DNA from: Acidithiobacillales bacterium | GTDB lineage: Bacteria; Acidobacteriota; Thermoanaerobaculia; UBA5066 | Reading direction: 5' to 3' | DNA: 37,370 bases | Assembly (NCBI GenBank): GCA_050258155.1 | Contig: JBLMYG010000057.1 | Coordinates: 1-37,370 of the forward strand | Shown: positions 26,062 to 34,316 of the stretch, in pieces | How positions within the stretch are numbered: position 1 is the stretch's first letter | How the letters are laid out: every line of letters begins with the position of its first letter | Notes under the pieces: model-generated | Told to the model about the DNA's origin: nothing | What the model saw: the letters and a program-made list of their open reading frames with translations, nothing else | Databases searched by the model: none | Program-made: the position numbers and the translations under genes

Positions 26062-27314
26062 CACGCCCTCCTTCCCGCCACGAACGCCCGGGCGGCGGCC
26101 GCGGTGGCGTCCCGCGTCGACGCGGCGACGTCCTCGGGCCTTCGGGCCACCCCGGCCACCGAGAGGCTTGCCTCGGGGCTGTCGAGGCAGAAGCCGTCCT
26201 CGTCCTTCCGGATGGGGAAGGGGAACCCGTCAGCGGCGAGGGCGGGAACCATACCGGTCGCGAGGACGACGAGGTCGGCCGGCGCCGAGACGAGACGCCC
26301 GGCCGCCACGTCTTCCAGCCGAAGACGGAGGCCCTTGCCGTCGTCTCTCTCCACCTTGCCGACCTTCCCCTTGATCAGCTTCACCCGGCTCGTCGCGGCG
26401 ACCTTCGTGAGCATCTCCTCGTTGCGTCCCGGTGTGCGGCGGTCGATGTAGTAGATGCTCACCTCCGTCTCGGGGAGCTGCTCGTGCACGTAAAGGGCCT
26501 GCTTCAGCGAGGCGAGGCAGCAGACGGACGAGCAGTACGGCAGGTGCTTCACGTCGCGCGACCCGGCGCACTGGACGAACGCCACCTGCCGCGGCGGCTG
26601 CCCGTCGGACGGCCGGAGGATCTTCCCGCCGGTGGGACCGGAGGGGGCCGCGAGCCGCTCCATCTGGACGTTGGAGATCACGTCGGGGTAGACCCCGCCC
26701 CCCAGCTCGGGAAGCTTCTCCAGCGGATAGGGATTCCACCCGGTCGCGATCACGACGGCGCCGACGTCGATCGTCTCCTCCCGCTGCTTCGCGGAAAGGT
26801 CGATGGCCTTGACCGTGCAGGCATCCACGCACGCCGTGCAGCCTTCGGGACAGGCCGTTCGGTCGAGAGCGAAGCGGCGGGGCCAGGCGTTCGGAAAGGA
26901 GAGGCGCACCGCCGGCACCTGGGACATCCCGAGGTTGAACGGATCGGAGATGCGGGCCGGGCAGACCTTGCTGCAGTCGCCGCAGGCGGTGCAGAGGTCG
27001 CTGACGTAGTCCGGGCCGCGGGTCAGCGTGACATGCCAGCCGCCGTCGGAGGCCGAGGCCTTCGTCACCCCGCAGTTCGTCAGGACCCTGACGCGGGGGC
27101 TCCGCTCGAGCCGCCGGATGTTGATCTCCATGCCGCAGGACGGGGGGCAGAGCTTGGGAAAGTAGTGGTGGTTCCGGAGAACCCGGCCCCCCACGGCCGG
27201 CTCCCGCTCCACCAGCACCACGTCCCGCCCCGCCTCCGACGCCTCGAGCGCGGCGGTGATGCCGGCGATTCCGGCCCCGACGACGAGGATCGGCTTCGGG
27301 CGCTGGGCGGTCAT
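26061..27314 (-). CDS. qmoA: QmoA (HdrA-like flavoprotein)
   Basis: VVGAGIAG, YFPKLCPPSCG, NVQMERLA, QCAGSRD..HLPYCS.VCCLASLKQ. Confidence 0.96.
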   Translation of the reverse strand: MTAQRPKPILVVGAGIAGITAALEASEAGRDVVLVEREPAVGGRVLRNHHYFPKLCPPSCGMEINIRRLERSPRVRVLTNCGVTKASASDGGWHVTLTRGPDYVSDLCTACGDCSKVCPARISDPFNLGMSQVPAVRLSFPNAWPRRFALDRTACPEGCTACVDACTVKAIDLSAKQREETIDVGAVVIATGWNPYPLEKLPELGGGVYPDVISNVQMERLAAPSGPTGGKILRPSDGQPPRQVAFVQCAGSRDVKHLPYCSSVCCLASLKQALYVHEQLPETEVSIYYIDRRTPGRNEEMLTKVAATSRVKLIKGKVGKVERDDGKGLRLRLEDVAAGRLVSAPADLVVLATGMVPALAADGFPFPIRKDEDGFCLDSPEASLSVAGVARRPEDVAASTRDATAAAARAFVAGRRA

Positions 27315-28099
27315 TGCCGCCTCCCCTCCCGGACGGCCAGCGTCGGCTCGCCGAAAAGGGCGAACTTGAGCCAGCGGAAGGAGAACCGGAGCAGCGCAAG
27401 GTCGTCGTTCTTCAGCCGCTCCACGAGCTCCGGCGCCACGAGGAAGCGGTCGAGGAAGCTCGATTCGAAGACGAGGCGGCGGAAGGTGTCGAGGTCGTAG
27501 CAGCCGATGAAGAACATCTCCATCCGCTTCGGATCGAGCTGCCGCCCGCCGATGAACCAGGGGTGCGAGACGATCTCCCGGAACCCCGCCTCGATCTCCT
27601 CCTGCTCGTCCACCTTCTGGTCGCTCCGCCAGGCAGGCGCCGTCCAGAGCCGGGGCTCCTCGCGGCCGAGACAGAAGTCATCCTCGAAGAGGAAGGAGAC
27701 GGGATCCGGATCGACCCCTGCCCGGGCCGGCGGGAGCGCCATGCCGACCGGGTACATCCGGCAGGCCCAGGGGCGGTCCTCGTAGACGGTGCAGCCGTTC
27801 TCCCCGACGAAGGGGCAGCGCTTCCCCTCCCCTTCGTCCATCCGGAGGATCACCACGGGAAGGCGAAGCTCCTTCGTGATCGGCGTGAGGGTGTGCCGGT
27901 CGAGGAACTCCCGCGTCGTCAGGCCCCTCCGGCGCGCCAGCCTGAGGACATCGACCGGGGTCAGCAGAATGTTCACGTCGGCGCAGCACCGGTTGAAGCA
28001 GGCCACGCCCGGGTGGCACGCGAAACGAAACGGCTCGTCGTTTCCGAGCTGGCGCTGCCGCCTCACCGCCTCGCCCACCGAACACGCCTCTGTGCTCAT
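27311..28099 (-). CDS. YkgJ/UPF0153 (CxxCxxCC-type) cysteine-cluster protein
   Basis: FACHPGVACFNRCC...CPF....CTVYEDRPWACRMYP; 4-bp overlaps with both neighbours. Confidence 0.85.
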   Translation of the reverse strand: MSTEACSVGEAVRRQRQLGNDEPFRFACHPGVACFNRCCADVNILLTPVDVLRLARRRGLTTREFLDRHTLTPITKELRLPVVILRMDEGEGKRCPFVGENGCTVYEDRPWACRMYPVGMALPPARAGVDPDPVSFLFEDDFCLGREEPRLWTAPAWRSDQKVDEQEEIEAGFREIVSHPWFIGGRQLDPKRMEMFFIGCYDLDTFRRLVFESSFLDRFLVAPELVERLKNDDLALLRFSFRWLKFALFGEPTLAVREGRRQ

Positions 28100-28449
28100 G
28101 GTTCGTTCCCTTTCTTTCCGCCGGAATCGGGGGTCACGTCGCGGTCGTCGGAGTCGTCGTCTTCGCCGACAGCGACGTCAGCCTCGAGGATCCGGTCGCG
28201 GATCGCCGTCGGCGACCAGACCGGCAGGGGGGACGTCGTTCCCGTGGCGGGGTCGAGGCGGTGGCGGTAGGAGGACCTCACGCCGTAGTGCTCTTCCATC
28301 CAGGCCCAGCCGCGTACGTAGTAGGGGCAGTCATCGCTGAAGCAGGCGAGCTGGAACGGGGTGTCCCATCCGCTCTGCTCGGGCAGCGAAAACGGGACCA
28401 TGGTCACGCCGCAGTGGGGGCAGACGGGTGTGGACGGTCTGGCCGGCAC
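28096..28449 (-). CDS. Small Cys-rich (Zn-ribbon-like) protein of unknown function
   Basis: CPHC...CFSDDCPYY..GW..M; start placed at GTG 28449 (GAGG RBS), downstream of the aprA hairpin. Confidence 0.75.
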   Translation of the reverse strand: MPARPSTPVCPHCGVTMVPFSLPEQSGWDTPFQLACFSDDCPYYVRGWAWMEEHYGVRSSYRHRLDPATGTTSPLPVWSPTAIRDRILEADVAVGEDDDSDDRDVTPDSGGKKGNEP

Positions 28450-28462
28450 ATCAACCTCGCTC

Positions 28463-28502
28463 GAAAGAAGCCGCCCCGGGCGCCGCGAGGCGCCCGGGGC
28501 GG
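28463..28502 (-). terminator. Intrinsic terminator/stabilising hairpin after aprA
   Basis: Perfect 14-bp stem ccgccccgggcgcc/ggcgcccggggcgg (28471-28502) with a 4-nt loop, followed on the minus strand by CTTCTTTC. Confidence 0.75.
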
Positions 28503-28516
28503 TCCAAAGCGGGAAC

Positions 28517-30424
28517 TCAGGCGCTGACGAGCACACCCTCGCCGGCCTTTACGAACGAATGAATGATGGGTCGCTTGGTCATCTCCCACTCGCCCGTCGT
28601 GCTGTTGAGACGGCAGTTCACGAACACGTGCCAGTTCTTCTCGTCCATCCGGGGCTTGTCGGAACGGAAGTAGTAGCCGGGCCAGCGGGTCTCCTCGCGG
28701 AAGAGGATCGACCGGACGTGGGCCTCGGCCTGGTGCATGCGGTGAATGTTCTCCCAGCAGCGCATCAGCTCGTGGAGGTCGGAAGCGCCCAGCTTCGCCG
28801 AGTCCTCCTTGAGGAACGCGAGCAGCTCCAGACCCTTCTTGAGCAGCGCCTCGGAGGTGGTGAACTGCGAGGTCACCCCACCCGCGTACTCGTCCATCAG
28901 CTTCTGAAGGCGCATCTGGAACATCTTGGGCCGGATGTAGTTGGGGTTGACGTCCGTCTGCGTCGTGGCACCCTTGAACTCCTCGAAGGTCTTCAGCGGC
29001 TTCAGGACTTCCGCCTTCAGCCGCTCGACCTCGGTCGGGTCCACCTTGGGCGCCGCGACCTTCTCCTTGACGATGAACCGGACAGCCGCCTTGGCAGCGA
29101 TCCGCCCTTCCGCGTGCGAGCCGGAAGAGAACTTGTGCGAGGAAGCGCCCGAGGCGTCGCCGGCGCAGAAGAGGCCGCGCACGGTGGACATGTTCTCGTA
29201 GCCCCAGAAGTACTCCTTGGGGGCGAGATCCTCGGGGCCCGACACCCAGGCACCGGAGGCGCCGGAGTGCGAGCCGATGAAGTACGGCTCGGCCGCCGCG
29301 ATTTCAGACGCCTTCTCCTCGGGCGACACGTTCGACGCCGCCCAGAGGATGGCCTGGGAGATCGTCATGTCGAGGAAGTCTTCCCACGCCTCGGACTCCA
29401 GCTCCTTGAGCTTCTTCTTGGCGGCCTTCTCGTCCCCCGCGGCCGCGGCGATCTTCTGGATCGCCTCCTCGGTCCGCATGAAGATGGGGCCCTTGCCCTC
29501 CATGACGTCCAGCAGCATGAGGTAGTTGCGGAGGTTGGCCGGGACCGGCTTGACGTGGCCGTACGGCTTCCAGTTGTCGAGCTCGGCCTTGCGGGTCTCC
29601 ATGTAGTTCTCGCCGAGGGCGTTGGTCGCCCGAGACTTGAAGAGGAGGAACCACGCGCCGACGGGGCCGTAGGCGTCCTTGAACCGGACCGGAATGAAAC
29701 GAACCTCCTGGCAGGTCATCTCGGCCCCTGCCTTGAGGGTGAAATACGCGGAGGCGCCGGCGTTCCAGGGCGGGTACCAGGCACGGCCCTGACCTTCGCC
29801 GGAGGACCTCGGCTTGAAGACGTGGACGGCGCCGCCCATGGCCGCGATGACGGCCTTCGCCTTGAAGACGTAGAAGGTGTTCTCGCGCACGGAGAACCCG
29901 TATGCGCCGACACACCGCCCGTCCTCGAGGATGGGGCCGACGATGAAGACGCGCTCGTAGATGTTCTCCTTGCCGATCGCGTTCTTGGCGGCCTCGGCCA
30001 CGACGACCTTGTAGGACTCGCCGTTGATCATCAGCTGCCAGCGGCCTTCGTGGACGTAGGCGCCCTTCTCGTCCTTCCAGATGGGGAGGCCCCACTTCTC
30101 GAAAAGGTGGACTGTGGAGTCGACGTGACGGGCGATGTTGGCCACGAGGTCCTCACGGGTGATCCCCATGAGGTCGTTCCGGACGTAGTCGACGTAGTCC
30201 TTGATGGTGTTCTCGCCGTCCTTCAGGCCCACGTACTGGTTGATCGCGGAGAGGCCCATCGCGACGGCGCCGGAGCGGTCCACGGCGGCCTTGTCGACGA
30301 GCGTCACCTTGAGCCCGTGCTTCTTGGCCCAGTAGGCGGCCTCGACCGCGGCGCCGCAGGCGGCCATTCCGCCGCCGAGGATGAGGAGGTCGGTATCGAC
30401 CTGAACGGTTTTGAAGTCAGCCAT
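28517..30424 (-). CDS. aprA: Adenylylsulfate reductase alpha subunit
   Basis: GGGMAACG, RSGAVAMGLSAIN, WQLMINGESYK, RFKDAYGPVGAWFL, HKFSSGSHAEGR, REETRWPGYY; start ATG 30424. Confidence 0.99.
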   Translation of the reverse strand: MADFKTVQVDTDLLILGGGMAACGAAVEAAYWAKKHGLKVTLVDKAAVDRSGAVAMGLSAINQYVGLKDGENTIKDYVDYVRNDLMGITREDLVANIARHVDSTVHLFEKWGLPIWKDEKGAYVHEGRWQLMINGESYKVVVAEAAKNAIGKENIYERVFIVGPILEDGRCVGAYGFSVRENTFYVFKAKAVIAAMGGAVHVFKPRSSGEGQGRAWYPPWNAGASAYFTLKAGAEMTCQEVRFIPVRFKDAYGPVGAWFLLFKSRATNALGENYMETRKAELDNWKPYGHVKPVPANLRNYLMLLDVMEGKGPIFMRTEEAIQKIAAAAGDEKAAKKKLKELESEAWEDFLDMTISQAILWAASNVSPEEKASEIAAAEPYFIGSHSGASGAWVSGPEDLAPKEYFWGYENMSTVRGLFCAGDASGASSHKFSSGSHAEGRIAAKAAVRFIVKEKVAAPKVDPTEVERLKAEVLKPLKTFEEFKGATTQTDVNPNYIRPKMFQMRLQKLMDEYAGGVTSQFTTSEALLKKGLELLAFLKEDSAKLGASDLHELMRCWENIHRMHQAEAHVRSILFREETRWPGYYFRSDKPRMDEKNWHVFVNCRLNSTTGEWEMTKRPIIHSFVKAGEGVLVSA

Positions 30425-30434
30425 GTCCGCCTCC

Positions 30435-30872
30435 TCAGGCTTTCGTCCACACGGCGGGCAGGCCGAGGGAAGTCGGTTCGGTGTAGAGGACCGGCCCCTC
30501 GAGCGGCGGCGTACCGTTGAAGCCGCCATCGGGTTTCGCCTGGCCCTCGGGTGTGGTGCGAATCGGGAACTTGAAGCGTTTGATCGTGCCGTTCCGGAAC
30601 TTCACCGTCCACATGATGTTGTCGGTGGAGCGCATCGGCACCACCGACGCGCCCATCGGGACGAAGTCCGCGTAGCCGCGCACGTCGACCGCCTGGGTGG
30701 GGCAGATCTTGACGCAGTTGTAGCACTCCCAGCACATCTCGGGTTCCTGGTTGTAGGCCTTCATTGTGTCCTTGTTGAGGACCATGAGGTCGTTGGGGCA
30801 GATGTACTGGCAGGCGGTCTTGTCAAGCGCCTTGCACCCGTCACATTTTTCCGGGTTCACAAAACTGGGCAT
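30435..30872 (-). CDS. aprB: Adenylylsulfate reductase beta subunit
   Basis: MPSFVNPEKCDGCK..TACQYICP, CWECYNCVKICP, VRGYADF, KRFKFPIRTTPEG. Confidence 0.99.
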   Translation of the reverse strand: MPSFVNPEKCDGCKALDKTACQYICPNDLMVLNKDTMKAYNQEPEMCWECYNCVKICPTQAVDVRGYADFVPMGASVVPMRSTDNIMWTVKFRNGTIKRFKFPIRTTPEGQAKPDGGFNGTPPLEGPVLYTEPTSLGLPAVWTKA

Positions 30873-31019
30873 CTAGTTTCCTCCTTAAGGCCTCGAGGGC
30901 TCGCTGTCTTCTGGCGGGTCGTCCGCCGGCGGGGGCCGACTTCTGGATTCACGTCTGCTGCACCACCTCCTGGGCACGGTTTCGAAGAGCCGGGAGCACT
31001 CTCCGAAGGTCTCGCGTCC

Positions 31020-31034
31020 GCAATTCATGTGCCA
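31020..31034 (-). promoter_or_regulatory. Sigma-54 promoter of aprBA(-qmo-sat)
   Basis: Minus strand TGGCACATGAATTGC, a consensus TGGCAC-N5-TTGC, ~150 bp upstream of aprB. Confidence 0.82.
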
Positions 31035-31182
31035 CGAGCGGTGAAGCGGCCAACGTGCTGCAACGGAGAGAGAAGAGCTCTCCGGTCCTAAGCGGGCGCG
31101 CCACCGGACCGAAACAGACCTGTCCGCCGGGCCTCCCCGATCAATTGCGGACCACGGAGCCCTTAGACCGGGCGACGGGCAC

Positions 31183-31217
31183 CGTTACCCATCGGAAACC
31201 GTTACACCCTCGTGACC
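31183..31217. promoter_or_regulatory. Tandem putative UAS sites between divergent aprB and dsrM
   Basis: cgttac ccatcg gaaacc (31183-31200) and cgttac accctc gtgacc (31200-31217). Confidence 0.65.
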
Positions 31218-31357
31218 CGGCGCGGTCCGAATCCGACGGCCGCAGATCCCGGCCGGGTATCTCAGGTTCGCCTCCTTCCTGCCGTGTGAACGGAAGACCC
31301 GAACCTCGCAGCGGGTGCGTTCCGGGATTCCGGACCACCGCCGCTTCGAGCGGGGGC

Positions 31358-31373
31358 TGGCACGAAGATCTCA
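31358..31373 (+). promoter_or_regulatory. Possible degenerate sigma-54 promoter of dsrMK
   Basis: TGGCACGAAGATCTCA: perfect -24 element, but the -12 element reads TCTC instead of TTGC. Confidence 0.35.
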
Positions 31374-31423
31374 TGACATCCCCCGGAACAGGGCGCGCGT
31401 TCGCCCGGCGAGGAGGGTTCGAG

Positions 31424-32329
31424 ATGGGATGGGTCCAGATTCTGGGCGTTCTCGCTCTTGTCGCCTTCGCGGCAGGATGCCTGTACAAGGCCATTCACTA
31501 CGCCCGAATGCCGCTCCACCTTCGATGGGAGCTCTACCCCGTGGCCCACGAGAAGCAGAAGGCGTCCTACGGTGGCTCGTACTTCGAGGAGCTGGACTGG
31601 TGGACCAAGCCGCGGGAGGTATCGAAGCTGGGCGAGGTGAGAACGATCGCCGAGGAGGTCCTGACCCTCAAGCAGGTCAGGGAGCGCAACCCCGGCCTCT
31701 GGCTCCCCTCTCTCCTCTTCCACTACGGCCTCTATCTGTTGTTCGCTCTGGGGGGGGCGCTCCTGCTCGGCGTAATCCCGGGCGTGCGCGACCTGCCCCT
31801 CCTCTGGCGCCTCGGTGGAGGGCGCGCGCTGGCCCTCTGGTGTGCAATTGGCCTCGCGCTTGGCACCCTCGGAGGTCTCGGCCTCCTCGCACGACGAACG
31901 CTGAACCCGAGCCTGCGCCGGGCTTCGACGCCGGCGGACTTCCTGCACCTCGTCCTGCTCCTCGCGGTCTTTCTGGCGTCGTGGGGGAGCCTCCTGACGG
32001 CGGACCCGCATCTCGAGGTGGCCGCCGCCTTTGTCCGGGGGCTCGTCTCCTTCAGCTCCGTCACTGCCATTCCCGGCTGGTTCGGCGCGCAGGTTCTGCT
32101 TCTCGGCCTCTTCCTCGCCTACCTGCCGTGGAGCCACATGACGCACTTCTTCTCCAAGTACTTCACGTGGCACTCCGTCCGCTGGGACGACGCCCCGAAC
32201 CTCGGAGGAAAGTACGACGAGAGAGTGCAGAAGCTTCTGACGCTGCCGATCTCCTGGTCGGCACCGCACATCAGGGGAGACGGCAAGAAGACGTGGGCCG
32301 ATGTCGCTGTCGAAAAGGGGGATTCCTGA
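31424..32329 (+). CDS. dsrM: DsrM-family membrane cytochrome b (NarI-like)
   Basis: P.HLRWELYPVAHE..YGGSYFEE.DWW, LFHYGLY, YLPWSHMTHFF; start ATG 31424 with AGGAGG RBS. Confidence 0.85.
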   Translation: MGWVQILGVLALVAFAAGCLYKAIHYARMPLHLRWELYPVAHEKQKASYGGSYFEELDWWTKPREVSKLGEVRTIAEEVLTLKQVRERNPGLWLPSLLFHYGLYLLFALGGALLLGVIPGVRDLPLLWRLGGGRALALWCAIGLALGTLGGLGLLARRTLNPSLRRASTPADFLHLVLLLAVFLASWGSLLTADPHLEVAAAFVRGLVSFSSVTAIPGWFGAQVLLLGLFLAYLPWSHMTHFFSKYFTWHSVRWDDAPNLGGKYDERVQKLLTLPISWSAPHIRGDGKKTWADVAVEKGDS

Positions 32330-32330
32330 C

Positions 32331-33944
32331 ATGGACACCGTCCCCTCCATCCCCGACGTCCGGGACATCGCACGGAATGCCGACACGCTGTCGCCGATCG
32401 ATCTTGCACGGCTCCTTCCGCTGCCGCCCCCTTACGACCGGGACGACCCCGCTCTCCTCTGGAAGGAGGTGCCTCCAGAAAAGCGCAAGCAGATCGACGC
32501 TTCGCTGGACGGCGTCTCCGCCCTCGCTCTCAAGCGGCCGGCCGACCCGGCCGAGGAGAAGCGGCTTCTTACGGGGCTGAAGAGAGGCCTCGGGAAGCTC
32601 ATCTCCCGTGAGGACAACTGGGGATTCCTCCAGCAGCTCACGCTCACGCTGGACCACTGCACCCACTGCCAGACCTGCGCTGGGGCCTGCCCGATCTACG
32701 AGACGAGCGGCCAGAACGAGGTCTACCGGCCGAGCTACCGGGCCGACGTCTTGCGCGGGCTCCTCGCCCGCTACGGCCCAAATGGCAACGCGCTCAAGGC
32801 CGCTCTCGTCGGCGCTCCGGAGCTGAACTGGAACACCTTCGCGCGCCTCGCGGAGCTGGCCTACCGATGCACCCTCTGCCGCCGCTGCTGTCAGGCCTGC
32901 CCGATCGGCGTCGACAACGGCCTCATCACGCACGAGCTGCGAAAGCTCTTCAGCCAGGAGCTCGGAATCTCCGCCCGGGAGGCTCACGCCGACGGCTCGG
33001 TCCTGCAGCTGAGGGTCGGCTCCTCCACCGGCATGACGCCCGAGGTCGTCAAGGACAACATCCAGTTCATCGACGAGGAGACGAGCGAGAAGGTCGGATT
33101 CAAGGTCGAGACCCCCTGGGACGTGGAAGGCGCCGACGTTCTCCTGATGCACAACGCGGGCGAGATCATGGCCTGGCCCGAGAACCCCGGCGCCTTCGCC
33201 GTCATCATGCAGAAGGCAGGGATCTCGTGGACGCTCTCCTCCGAGATGGTCGCGTACGACGCGATCAATTACGGACTCTGGTACGACGACGTCCAGTTCG
33301 CCCGCGTCGCGCTGAAGCACGCCGAGCTGGCAAAGAAGCTCAAGGTCAAGAAGATCGTCATCGGTGAGTGCGGCCACGCGCACAAGGCCCTCGCGGTGGT
33401 CGCCGACCGGATCCTCGGCGCCGACCTGGCCGTGCCGCGGGAGAGCTATGCCCCGTTCCTCGCCTCGATCGTCGACTCGGGCGTGCTCAGGTTCGACCCG
33501 TCCCGCAACGACTTCCCTGTCACCCTGCACGACCCCTGCAACATCGCACGCGCCATGGGCATCATCGAGCCGCCGCGCCGCGTCCTGCGCAGGATCGCCC
33601 CCCGCTTCCGCGAAATGGAGCCGCACGGCGTGGACAACTACTGCTGCGGCGGCGGATCGGGCTTCGCCATCATGTCGGGCAACAACTTCGCCAACTGGCG
33701 GATGCTCGTCTCCGGCCGGATCAAGATGAAGCAGGTCCTCGACGCCTTTGCCGGCGAGCTCGATCCGTCCATTCCCAAGTACGTCTGCACGCCCTGCTCC
33801 AACTGCAAGGGGCAGTTCCGCGACCTGATCCGGGCCTACGACGCCTTCGAGAGGAGCAAGATCCTTTACGGCGGCCTCGTGGAGCTGATCGTCAACGCGA
33901 TGGCCGACGTCAAGCCCGGCTTCATCGAGTGGGAGTTTCACTAG
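32331..33944 (+). CDS. dsrK: DsrK-family Fe-S/CCG protein
   Basis: CTHCQTCAGACP, CTLCRRCCQACPIG.D, GECGHA, VTLHDPCN, NYCCGGGSG, PCSNCKGQ; lies between dsrM and dsrA. Confidence 0.88.
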   Translation: MDTVPSIPDVRDIARNADTLSPIDLARLLPLPPPYDRDDPALLWKEVPPEKRKQIDASLDGVSALALKRPADPAEEKRLLTGLKRGLGKLISREDNWGFLQQLTLTLDHCTHCQTCAGACPIYETSGQNEVYRPSYRADVLRGLLARYGPNGNALKAALVGAPELNWNTFARLAELAYRCTLCRRCCQACPIGVDNGLITHELRKLFSQELGISAREAHADGSVLQLRVGSSTGMTPEVVKDNIQFIDEETSEKVGFKVETPWDVEGADVLLMHNAGEIMAWPENPGAFAVIMQKAGISWTLSSEMVAYDAINYGLWYDDVQFARVALKHAELAKKLKVKKIVIGECGHAHKALAVVADRILGADLAVPRESYAPFLASIVDSGVLRFDPSRNDFPVTLHDPCNIARAMGIIEPPRRVLRRIAPRFREMEPHGVDNYCCGGGSGFAIMSGNNFANWRMLVSGRIKMKQVLDAFAGELDPSIPKYVCTPCSNCKGQFRDLIRAYDAFERSKILYGGLVELIVNAMADVKPGFIEWEFH

Positions 33945-33953
33945 AGGGCCTGC

Positions 33954-33971
33954 CGTTACGGCTCCGTGACG
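33954..33971. promoter_or_regulatory. Putative UAS CGTTAC-N6-GTGACG (distal)
   Basis: cgttac ggctcc gtgacg; its first 13 bp are identical to the site at 6238. Confidence 0.62.
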
Positions 33972-34072
33972 CCCGGAAGCAGGCGGAACGTGTCGCTCGT
34001 CGCCGCCTCATCTCCGCGCGGCCCCCGGCCGAGCCGACCCCGAGCCGGGATGGGAGAGCCCTTCCCCGGCCT

Positions 34073-34090
34073 CGTTACGGAGCGGTTACG
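34073..34090. promoter_or_regulatory. Putative UAS CGTTAC-N6-GTTACG (proximal)
   Basis: cgttac ggagcg gttacg; centre 104 bp upstream of the -24 GG (34185-34186). Confidence 0.62.
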
Positions 34091-34183
34091 GACCCCGAAA
34101 TGCAGCGAAGCCCTCTGGCGACTTCCTCTCTGAACGGTCTGAGCCAGAGTCACTTGTTGTCCCCGCCGGGGTCGCCTTCACAC

Positions 34184-34199
34184 CGGCACGGGGGTTGCT
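34184..34199 (+). promoter_or_regulatory. Sigma-54 promoter of dsrABDL
   Basis: CGGCACGGGGGTTGCT: GGCAC-N5-TTGCT, ~120 bp upstream of the dsrA ATG. Confidence 0.8.
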
Positions 34200-34316
34200 C
34201 CATGCGCCTTCCGGGCGTGAGCCCCGGAGAAGCGTCCAGCCGAATGCTTTGCGACGACAGCAGCCGCGATCCTGGATTCCCGAAGACCGAAGGACAGGTG
34301 TCCATAAGGAGCCGCA

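Noticed and set aside
30873-31423. Rex/CRP-type operator or structured ncRNA in the aprB-dsrM gap
   Set aside because: No convincing GTGA-N6-TCAC box or recognisable RNA family; the region is explained by the sigma-54 and UAS elements.
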